DNA from: a bacterium
Lineage (GTDB): Bacteria > Muiribacteriota > UBA6191
NCBI GenBank assembly: GCA_036339875.1
Contig: JAYZAC010000063.1
Location: 1-23,137 of the forward strand
DNA: 23,137 bases
Direction: 5' to 3'
Shown: piece by piece, positions 1 through 7,541 of the stretch
How the letters are laid out: every line of letters starts with the position of its first letter
How positions within the stretch are numbered: position 1 is the stretch's first letter
Notes under the pieces: generated by a model
What the model saw: the letters and a program-made list of their open reading frames with translations, nothing else
Told to the model about the DNA's origin: nothing
The model's database searches: none
Translations under genes and position numbers: made by a program

Positions 1-484
1 CGGCAGGTACAATACAGTATGTACAGTTGAAATTACATCCAGTTTGAATTGGTAAATACGACTTAAACAAATTGTCTTTTGCCTCATGTACATACTCATA
101 GGATTCGTAACTATCAAAGGACCTATTAGTCACTTGTTCTAACTCGGAACCAATAGTTTTTAACTGGGCAGGTGATAATAACAAATCAATCTGCGGGAAA
201 CGCTTTAAAAAGGCCTCTCGTTGAGCTTCAACCATACAACCTAACACCGCAACCTTTTTAGATTTAAATTTTCTTTTCTGCGGCATAAGATTTTCGAGAC
301 GATTCCAAACTTTCTCGTCAGCCTGATCCCTAACCGTGCATGTATTTAATAATACGAGTTCGGCATGATCAGGATTTTTAACCAAAGTAAATCCAGCAGC
401 TTCTAGCATTTTACTCACCGTTGATGATTCATATTCATTCATCTGACATCCGTAATTGATAATGCAAGCTGAGTTTTTTTGCAC
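1..484 (-). CDS. miaB: tRNA methylthiotransferase MiaB, 5' part (runs off the left edge; absent from the supplied ORF track)
   Basis: Manual translation from GTG at 484: MQKNSACIINYGCQMNEYESS...LLNTCTVRDQADEKV...VAVLGCMVEAQ...YLPIQTGCNFNCTYCIVPA. It has the UPF0004 motifs (GCQMN, NTCTVR, GCM) and the radical-SAM CxxxCxxC. A G-run lies 6 nt upstream of the GTG. Confidence 0.9.
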   Translation of the reverse strand, partial: MQKNSACIINYGCQMNEYESSTVSKMLEAAGFTLVKNPDHAELVLLNTCTVRDQADEKVWNRLENLMPQKRKFKSKKVAVLGCMVEAQREAFLKRFPQIDLLLSPAQLKTIGSELEQVTNRSFDSYESYEYVHEAKDNLFKSYLPIQTGCNFNCTYCIVPA

Positions 485-581
485 TTTTGACCCCCATCTT
501 AAAAGCGGGACAGTTTAATCGAATGAAGCAACTCGAACAAGAAGTTTAATCTCGACGGGCTAAAAGATGAGCTTAATTTAC

Positions 582-722
582 TCACTCTACGGACTTTTCT
601 GGGGATTCATCATGAGATTGCACCGGAGCTTTTGATGGAACTACTCGAGAAGATTCAGGGTCGAAAAGACGACGTGCCTTATCTTCCAATAACTCGAGTA
701 TCCTTTCCACTAGTGGTTTCAT
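582..722 (-). CDS. Putative 46-aa small protein (MKPLVERILELLEDKARRLFDPESSRVVPSKAPVQSHDESPEKSVE)
   Basis: 3' part of track ORF 582..872, restarted at ATG 722 so it no longer overlaps metF. AAAGGA (741-736) and TATAAT (752-747) lie upstream on the minus strand. The N-terminus looks like an amphipathic helix, and the ORF fills most of the ~300-bp gap. Confidence 0.4.
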   Translation of the reverse strand: MKPLVERILELLEDKARRLFDPESSRVVPSKAPVQSHDESPEKSVE

Positions 723-783
723 GAGACTTTTTAGATCCTTTCTATTATTATAGACGTCTGAAGAGCGTTTGAAAAGGTATGGA

Positions 784-1668
784 ATGAATTTTAGAAGCAA
801 ACTTGAGCAGAAACAGTTTATGATTACTCTTGAGGTTGACCCACCAAAAGGACCTGGAATAAAAAAAATCATGAGTCAATTGGAACCGCTGATACCATTG
901 GTAGATGCTATCAACATCGCAGCATGCCCTGTCGCACAATTACGAATGGACGCACTGGCCTTTGCCTGTCTACTTAACAGGCATTTCGATATAGAGGTTA
1001 TTCTACATATTACAATGCGAGACATGTCTTTACTTGGTTTACAATCTCAATTATTGGGTGCGAGTGCTCTAGGCTATCAAAACTTCCTAGTAATGACTGG
1101 TGACGCTGCCAAACATTCGGACATTGAAGGCACCAAAGGAGTATTTCAAGCAAACTCTTTGGCTCTACTCAAACTTATGAAACAAATGAATCTTGGATTT
1201 AATTCATCCAATAAAAAAATGAATAAGAAAACTCGTTTTTATTCAGGTGCAACTGCAAATCCAAGTGCCATAAATCTGCCAAACGAAGTTAAAAAAATGC
1301 AAAGAAAAATAGATGCAGGAGCTGAGTTTTTCCAAACGCAGCCACTTTTTATCCGAAGAAATGTAGAGATTTTCGCCCAACATTCTGAGCACCTTGATAA
1401 ACCCGTAATTCTTGGTACCATGTTACTTAAAAATTATGATTCTACTCTCAGACTCAATTCTAAAGTTCCTGGTTTATTCGTTCCTGCTCCTGTCTTGGAA
1501 AGAATGAAAAAAAATAATAACCAAGAGGAAGCTTTGAAAATCGCGTATGAATTTTGGAGTTCCTGTAAAGATTTATTGGGAGGCATCCATCTATTTCCAA
1601 TGCATAATTACGAGGCAATGACAGAATTACTTACAGATATAAAAAACAATACACTCAATTATAATTAA
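784..1668 (+). CDS. metF: Methylenetetrahydrofolate reductase (stand-alone MTHFR domain resembling the C-terminal half of YitJ)
   Basis: Motifs LEVDPPKG, LHITMRD, VMTGD, KIDAGAEFFQTQP, KVPGLFVP, GIHLFP. ATG 784 is preferred over the track's TTG 769. Confidence 0.85.
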   Translation: MNFRSKLEQKQFMITLEVDPPKGPGIKKIMSQLEPLIPLVDAINIAACPVAQLRMDALAFACLLNRHFDIEVILHITMRDMSLLGLQSQLLGASALGYQNFLVMTGDAAKHSDIEGTKGVFQANSLALLKLMKQMNLGFNSSNKKMNKKTRFYSGATANPSAINLPNEVKKMQRKIDAGAEFFQTQPLFIRRNVEIFAQHSEHLDKPVILGTMLLKNYDSTLRLNSKVPGLFVPAPVLERMKKNNNQEEALKIAYEFWSSCKDLLGGIHLFPMHNYEAMTELLTDIKNNTLNYN

Positions 1669-1676
1669 AAGCATCA

Positions 1677-2774
1677 ATGGCTAATATAATTTACCTATTC
1701 TCTCGGCTTTACAAGTCAGAGAAAACCTTTTTGTTGATTCCGCTGTTAAGTTTGGGTCTTGGCTTATCATTACTTTTCTCAAGTTTTTGTATTTTTCATG
1801 GACTACATCTAGATTTTTACCGTCAAATTGAATCTAACCACGCACACTATATTCTCCAACCAAAAGAAGGTTATTTTTTTTATGATGCGAAATATTTACT
1901 AAAGCAGATCGAACACGAGATACCTAAAGCCAAAGTAAAGTCAATTCTATTAACTCAAGGTTTGCTGCATATTGGAGATCGTGCCAGTGGTATTTTTTTA
2001 AGAGGTGAACCGGACATTGATAATAAAAATCAAGATGTCGCCCACATCCAAATTAGCAAATCTCTAGCATCGGACCTACAGGTAACCGTCGGAAAATCTG
2101 CAGAATTGGTACTTGCTGACGGCAGTCATCACGATGTAGTTATAAATCGAGTATTTGATGACTACCAGTGGCCGGAGCTTAAATATACAATTAAAATGGA
2201 ACTAAGATTATGCCAGAAGCTACTTTTTGAGGATGAAATGGTAAATCGGTTCGAAGTTCAGTTCGCTGATTTATTCGATCAAGAAAATGATTTTTTGATC
2301 GACAGACTCAAAACAAATATCAATCAATTGAATATCACCTCTTGGCGAGATATTTATTCTGAAACTTTATTATTATTTCATACCGAAAAATGGTTACACC
2401 TTTTCTTTTTGGGACTCTTCTGCGCTTTTCTAGCAGTAAGCACTTATACAAGCTTTACCTTAATTTTTCTACGGAAGCAAAATAGCCTAAAGAGCTTAAA
2501 TATCTTAGGGTGGTCTAGATATCAGGAGAGAAAATTTCTGATTACCAGTAGTCATTTTTTAATTTTTATAGCTCTAACGTTTGGAGTAATATTATCTCTT
2601 CTAATCAAATGCGGTTTGCATTACTTTCCACTGCCATTACCTCAAAGCCTCTTTTATTCAGCAATCGTACCTTTCAATTGGCAATGGGACTTCTTATGGA
2701 AAAGCATAATGTTTGTATATGTAACCAGTATTTTATCTATCTTTCTGGCGTGGCGTGAGGTCTTCTTAAAATGA
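1677..2774 (+). CDS. FtsX/LolC/LolE-like ABC permease (divergent)
   Basis: One N-terminal TM helix, a ~190-aa periplasmic domain (LLTQGLL..GIFLRG, ISKSLASDLQVTVG), then SWRDIYSETLLLFHTEK followed by three TM helices (LNILGWSR, PLPQSLFYSAIVP). This is the LolC/E topology. Confidence 0.7.
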   Translation: MANIIYLFSRLYKSEKTFLLIPLLSLGLGLSLLFSSFCIFHGLHLDFYRQIESNHAHYILQPKEGYFFYDAKYLLKQIEHEIPKAKVKSILLTQGLLHIGDRASGIFLRGEPDIDNKNQDVAHIQISKSLASDLQVTVGKSAELVLADGSHHDVVINRVFDDYQWPELKYTIKMELRLCQKLLFEDEMVNRFEVQFADLFDQENDFLIDRLKTNINQLNITSWRDIYSETLLLFHTEKWLHLFFLGLFCAFLAVSTYTSFTLIFLRKQNSLKSLNILGWSRYQERKFLITSSHFLIFIALTFGVILSLLIKCGLHYFPLPLPQSLFYSAIVPFNWQWDFLWKSIMFVYVTSILSIFLAWREVFLK

Positions 2775-3592
2775 CACGATTACTTCTAATTTTTATTTTT
2801 TACGGTAGCCAATTTTGTCAGGGTCTCGCAACAGTCAACTCTAAAACATATTTCAAGCCTGATTTAAAACGCAAAGAATCTAGGCTGACCGGCTGTCAAA
2901 TTCTTATTTTAAAAGAATCCGTAGCGAGTAAGACACTCAATAATCCATTTCTCAGACGAGGTCTCGAATTCAGTGAAAATACAAAATTAGTTAAGAATAT
3001 AAAGGTTTCGCTAAATGGAGTCTATGCCAACGAAAACAGAAAAAAACCTATAAAATTTCAAAGATTACGACCGGGTAACCAAACTCTCATTATTGAAAAT
3101 TCTGACTTTAAGTTACCACTGAATTTTGCATTAAAATGGGAAGAGGAAATGCTAGTCTTAGTATTACTCCCAAAGGATGGAAAATCTCCTGTCGGTGCAT
3201 TACTAAAACCTAAAAAAATATTGGCTGGGGTAGAATTTCGGAAGATGTTAGCTGACTTACAAAGCTGGCGATCAAAAACTATGCAAATTGCAGCTTTAGA
3301 AGTAGATCCAGCTGAGATAGTAAGCAATAATTACATAGATAAAATTGGAAAAAAAGAAGACTTTGTAGATTATCTTACGGTCTGGAAAAAGCGACTTAAA
3401 AAATTAGAAATCAAGAGCTACACTTTGCGGGCAATCAAGCAAAAATCAAGACTAAATATAAAGTTTGTCGGGTTTGAAAAAAAATCTAGTTGGACAAAGT
3501 GCTTAGATATTCTTATCAGCAACCAAAAACAAGTATTATCCTACGAAAATAAGGACTGCTCGCAGAGCTTCTTTGCATCATTGGCGCCTTAA
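2771..3592 (+). CDS. Hypothetical exported basic protein
   Basis: 273-aa ORF with an ATGA overlap with the permease gene and a hydrophobic N-terminus. The C-terminal EIVSNNYIDKIGKKEDF segment is weakly reminiscent of NTF2/SnoaL-like folds. Confidence 0.6.
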   Translation: MTRLLLIFIFYGSQFCQGLATVNSKTYFKPDLKRKESRLTGCQILILKESVASKTLNNPFLRRGLEFSENTKLVKNIKVSLNGVYANENRKKPIKFQRLRPGNQTLIIENSDFKLPLNFALKWEEEMLVLVLLPKDGKSPVGALLKPKKILAGVEFRKMLADLQSWRSKTMQIAALEVDPAEIVSNNYIDKIGKKEDFVDYLTVWKKRLKKLEIKSYTLRAIKQKSRLNIKFVGFEKKSSWTKCLDILISNQKQVLSYENKDCSQSFFASLAP

Positions 3593-3611
3593 AACTTTGT
3601 TTTCAATTAGA

Positions 3612-5159
3612 TTAATTAATCTCAAATTCCAGTTCCAAACTTTTGTCTCGAAATGACATCGTAAACAGAAATCTATCAAAGCGATTTAAAAAATCCTCGA
3701 AAATCACAAAGCGCTTATCCTCGTTTAATGCTTGATTAACCGAAGGGTCATCTAGAGGACCGTGAATGGGACAATTTAAATTTACATAATTTGGACCTAA
3801 AGGGCAAACATCCCGAACCTTCTTTCCTAGTCGATATTTTGTACAACGCTTCAAAGCTCGAACATGATAGTGCCTAGCTAATTGCATCCATCGTTCACTC
3901 AGCCAATCACGATATAACTGAAGGTTTATATCAACTGCAAAAAAAGACTTTCGTATCGATACTTCATTATCAAAAATATTCAAGTTTTCCATAGAGCTTA
4001 GAATCAAGCTCGTATTTCGACGAATTAAATAAAAGCCAGTTGGGAGAAAAGGTACTCTTAAACTGAACGAATTTTTACTACTATCTTGCTGAACTAAACC
4101 AGCACCCTGACGTTCAATAAATGATCTCAAGTAGCTAATAGCTTGCACGGTATGACCGCGCTTGTGGAAATCTAACTTTAGAAACCAGTCACTATTTAAG
4201 TCCTTTTCAGAACCAAAGCCAAAATTTGCTGAACCCTTCAAGTTTTTAAGTACCTGATAAATTTTTGGATCTTTTTTATCTAACCAATGTTTGATTTCAG
4301 TCTGAATTAAATGATGCTTAAATAAGTCTTCTAGACTTACCCGTCCTCTAACATTTCGAGTACCGGATAAGGTGGTAATTTGAGATGCCTCAATTGCAGA
4401 AAACCAGGATGGTGATGTAATGTCGCTAGGTAAGCTACTTGTCAGCATGACTTTTCTATTTGTTGCTTCAATTTTTCCTTTCATTAATTGAATAGAAAGT
4501 TTGTTCTTATTCCGTCGTTTTGAAGGATAGATCTCACGTATAAAGGGAATAAGCTCAGAAGAATATTGCACAAGCACTTGCTTTCTAGACCTATTCTTAA
4601 TAGCTTTGGGAATTGAAGCTTCTGAATCATTGCTGAAGTATAAAAAGTCCTGGGAGTGAGACATCAATAAACTGGTACCAAAAATATCCTCAGTATCCGG
4701 TGTAGGCTTCCAAGTTGCAGCTTTGAACTCGGTAGGCATCTGAAGTTTAGTCCCTAATTCATTGAAAAGCTTAAACGGAATCCCAAAAACAAATTTTGTA
4801 TCAGAGTCTTTTTCGTTATTCTTTTTGTATAGCCTGAGAAAAAAATGTCTGAATAACTCCCTCCACTTAGCGTAGCTTATGTTCTGATAGAAAAGAAAAT
4901 GTATTTTCTCATTACGACGAAGCGATTCGAGAACACTTTGTACTAAAAACACAAATCCCGGATTCAATTCTGTTTTAGGAAGAGTCTGAAAAAATAGTAA
5001 ATCAGATTCGACGTAATTACCCGAAAAATCTAAATCATCTGAATCTAATTGTTTTAACTCAGTAACTTTATTACTTAGATTTTGCATCGGATCTTGCTTT
5101 ACCTGTAATTCGATAAAGAACCAGCACAGCAATGCTGAAATAACCAAAATCCTGATCAC
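3612..5159 (-). CDS. Hypothetical membrane-anchored or exported protein with a C-terminal Cys3-His motif
   Basis: 515-aa ORF with a GTGA overlap with maf and a hydrophobic N-terminus; contains RCTKYRLGKKVRDVCPLGPNYVNLNCPIHG. Confidence 0.7.
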   Translation of the reverse strand: MIRILVISALLCWFFIELQVKQDPMQNLSNKVTELKQLDSDDLDFSGNYVESDLLFFQTLPKTELNPGFVFLVQSVLESLRRNEKIHFLFYQNISYAKWRELFRHFFLRLYKKNNEKDSDTKFVFGIPFKLFNELGTKLQMPTEFKAATWKPTPDTEDIFGTSLLMSHSQDFLYFSNDSEASIPKAIKNRSRKQVLVQYSSELIPFIREIYPSKRRNKNKLSIQLMKGKIEATNRKVMLTSSLPSDITSPSWFSAIEASQITTLSGTRNVRGRVSLEDLFKHHLIQTEIKHWLDKKDPKIYQVLKNLKGSANFGFGSEKDLNSDWFLKLDFHKRGHTVQAISYLRSFIERQGAGLVQQDSSKNSFSLRVPFLPTGFYLIRRNTSLILSSMENLNIFDNEVSIRKSFFAVDINLQLYRDWLSERWMQLARHYHVRALKRCTKYRLGKKVRDVCPLGPNYVNLNCPIHGPLDDPSVNQALNEDKRFVIFEDFLNRFDRFLFTMSFRDKSLELEFEIN

Positions 5160-5761
5160 TTATTTAAACCTTTCAAGCCATTGAAAACTGCTGTCAGCGG
5201 TAGTCCAACTACGTTGAAATAACAACCATCGATAGAGTCAACTAACAAACCACCAAATCCCTGAATACCATAGGAGCCTGCCTTATCTAAACTTTCACCT
5301 GTTGATAAATAGGCATCTAAATGAACCTTATCATAATTTATAAATTTCACGTCAGTTGACACATAACCACTTAATAGCTCTTCATGGTCATCAAATTTAG
5401 ACACACAATAGGCTGTCAGCACTTGATGACTTTTGCCACATAAGTACTGAAGCATCTTACGAGCATCATCAAGATTTTCTGGTTTACCAAGAATTCGATT
5501 TTCTATGGACACAATTGTATCAAAAGTAAATAAAGTACCACGAGTGAAAGTAGTCTTATTATCAAAAAGTATACGTTCTGCTTTGTACCTTGCATTTCTC
5601 AAAACAAAATCAGGAGCATCACCACAATTTTGCTCAAGTTCTGCATCGGTAGTAATGACTTCGAACTCACTAAAGATGTACTTGAACAATGACTTTCTTC
5701 GTGGTGATCCAGAGCCCAAAAAAACTGGCTGAATAACATGATTGAGAGATTTCCAATGCAA
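5156..5761 (-). CDS. maf: Maf-family nucleoside triphosphate pyrophosphatase (YhdE-like)
   Basis: LGSGSPRR, FDTIV, ILGKP, DKAGSYGIQG, GCYFNVVGLP. TTG start with GGAGG 7 nt upstream. Confidence 0.93.
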   Translation of the reverse strand: MHWKSLNHVIQPVFLGSGSPRRKSLFKYIFSEFEVITTDAELEQNCGDAPDFVLRNARYKAERILFDNKTTFTRGTLFTFDTIVSIENRILGKPENLDDARKMLQYLCGKSHQVLTAYCVSKFDDHEELLSGYVSTDVKFINYDKVHLDAYLSTGESLDKAGSYGIQGFGGLLVDSIDGCYFNVVGLPLTAVFNGLKGLNK

Positions 5762-5792
5762 AAAAAAACCTCCAAAATAAAAACTTTGGAGG
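5760..5792 (-). terminator. Intrinsic terminator after rpsT, overlapping the maf RBS and start
   Basis: Minus strand reads CCTCCAAA-gtttttat-TTTGGAGG followed by T9, starting 19 nt after the rpsT stop. Confidence 0.75.
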
Positions 5793-5811
5793 ATTATAAT
5801 AACACTATTTA

Positions 5812-6279
5812 CTAATCTTCTTTGGGCTTAGAAGTTTTTTTAGCTTTGGTCTTACTCTCCGTAGCTTTCTTAGTCGATGCTTTTTTAGCTGTTGTCTTTT
5901 TAGCTTCGGCCTTTTTAGCGGCAACTTTAGGTTCAGCTTTTTCAGCTTCCTTAGCTTTAGTAACTTTAGCAGGTGTGGCAACTTTGAGACCCGTTAATTT
6001 TGGTAATTCCAGATCTGGCACTATTGCTTTAGCTTTAGCGATAGCACGACTCTTATTACGAGCTGCATTGTTCTTGTGAATAATGCCTTTAGTCACCATT
6101 TTATCTAATAATTGCAGCAATGTGGGTGCAGAAGCCTTAATTCCTTCAACATCTTTCACAGCCAACAAGGCTAAAAAATTCTTTTTAGCTGTACGAAGTT
6201 TTGCACGGTAAGCAGCATTGTGAACTCGACGTTTATCTGCTTGACGAGCACGTTTAGCAACTGATGGTATATTGGCCAT
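5812..6279 (-). CDS. rpsT: 30S ribosomal protein S20 with a long Lys/Ala-rich C-terminal extension (155 aa)
   Basis: MANIPSVAKRARQADKRRVHNAAYRAKLRTAKK...LDKMVTKGIIHKNNAARNKSR is the S20 signature. ATG 6279 is preceded by GGAAAGGA; the track's start at 6318 is an over-extension. Confidence 0.95.
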   Translation of the reverse strand: MANIPSVAKRARQADKRRVHNAAYRAKLRTAKKNFLALLAVKDVEGIKASAPTLLQLLDKMVTKGIIHKNNAARNKSRAIAKAKAIVPDLELPKLTGLKVATPAKVTKAKEAEKAEPKVAAKKAEAKKTTAKKASTKKATESKTKAKKTSKPKED

Positions 6280-6342
6280 TGTATTTCCTTTCCAAAATCT
6301 CACACGCCGGGAAGACAAAGTCTACCCCTAGCGAAGTGCGTG

Positions 6343-6370
6343 ATTCTATCAAACAAAACTTAAAAGGCAA
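6343..6370 (-). promoter_or_regulatory. Probable sigma70 promoter for rpsT
   Basis: TTGCCT-N16-TAGAAT with a TGn extension, AT-rich upstream, located in the tgt-rpsT gap. Confidence 0.55.
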
Positions 6371-6416
6371 AGAATTATCTTTAAAAACAATTTTGATTAG
6401 AAAATTAATAGTCTCG

Positions 6417-7541
6417 TTAATCGGGATAAATTTCTCTCCAGTGCTTTAAAAAATTCGAAAAATTACCCTGGCGTAAACTTTGTCGCATTTGTAGCATAAA
6501 TTTTCTAAAGAACTCTAGATTATGTAAGCTAGCAAGTCGTAGTCCTGTCCATTCATCCTCTCGAATTAAGTGATGAAGATAAGAAGCTGAATACCTAGTA
6601 CATAATTTACACTCACAATCAGGGTCCACTGGAGTGTCCATAGTTCTGAATTTAGCATTTTTAATATTTACAGCACCTTTTGAGGTGTAGAGTTTTCCAT
6701 GACGCGCAACTCGAGTAGGCATTACGCAATCAAATAGGTCTATACCATTCTCAACACCTAGCATTAAGTCTTGTGGAGTTCCAACTCCCATTAGATATCT
6801 CAGTTTATTAGACTTGTAACCGGGGGCTAAAAGCTTCAAAATTCTTTGCTTCTCCTCCTGGCTTTCTCCAACGGATAATCCACCTATTGCATAACCATCG
6901 AATTCCATTGATTGAATGACTTGTTGACTCTTGAATCTAAGATCATCGTAAACTCCGCCTTGAATAATGCCAAAAAGATACTGAGATCCCAAAGCAATGT
7001 TTTCAGTATCAGCTTTTGCTTCAAGACACTGATTCGCCCATCGATGAGTCTTTTCCATAGAGTCTTTGGCATATTCCCAATCACAATCGCCGGGTGGACA
7101 CTCATCGAAAGCCATCATGATATCGGCTCCTAATTCGCGTTGAGTCTTAATCACGCTACTTGGACTGAAAAAGTGTTTAGATCCATCAATAATTGATCTA
7201 AATTCAACACCATCTTCCTTTATTCTGCGTAGATCCTTAAGAGAATAAACCTGAAACCCGCCGCTATCAGTAAGAAACAAACCGTCATAAGCCATAAATT
7301 TTTTTAAGCCACCGGCCTCATAAATTCTTTTTGAACCTGGTCGTAAATACAAATGATAAGTATTTGCAAGAATAATAGGAAAACCAAGGTCATCTAGATC
7401 TGTACTATCCAGTGTTTTCACCGTTGCTTTAGTTCCTACCGGCATGAACTGCGGGGTTTCAAATTTATGATTATTTATGGTTACGTCACAGACTCTGGCA
7501 TGCGTATCTGCACTCTCTGTGACGGATTCTAATCGAATCAT
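6417..7541 (-). CDS. tgt: Queuine tRNA-ribosyltransferase
   Basis: TPQFMPVGT, ILANTYHLYLRPG, TDSGGFQV, MAFDEC, GIIQGG, GGLSVGE, YLMGVG, DLFDCVMPTR, and Zn ligands CECKLC...H. Confidence 0.98.
   Translation of the reverse strand: MIRLESVTESADTHARVCDVTINNHKFETPQFMPVGTKATVKTLDSTDLDDLGFPIILANTYHLYLRPGSKRIYEAGGLKKFMAYDGLFLTDSGGFQVYSLKDLRRIKEDGVEFRSIIDGSKHFFSPSSVIKTQRELGADIMMAFDECPPGDCDWEYAKDSMEKTHRWANQCLEAKADTENIALGSQYLFGIIQGGVYDDLRFKSQQVIQSMEFDGYAIGGLSVGESQEEKQRILKLLAPGYKSNKLRYLMGVGTPQDLMLGVENGIDLFDCVMPTRVARHGKLYTSKGAVNIKNAKFRTMDTPVDPDCECKLCTRYSASYLHHLIREDEWTGLRLASLHNLEFFRKFMLQMRQSLRQGNFSNFLKHWREIYPD

Noticed and set aside
527..724. Plus-strand open frame (..KFNLDGLKDELNLLTLRTFLGIHHEIAPELLMELLEKIQGRKDDVPYLP..)
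   Set aside because: It has no early start codon and is antisense to the better-signalled 46-aa minus ORF. It cannot be fully excluded.
485..783. SAM or THF riboswitch upstream of metF
   Set aside because: I cannot see the SAM-I core motifs or a terminator/antiterminator pair in the expected arrangement. An Rfam scan would be decisive.
5822..6079. 85-aa hydrophobic plus-strand ORF
   Set aside because: Antisense shadow of the Lys/Ala-rich S20 tail (AAA/GCT codons read as TTT/AGC-type codons).
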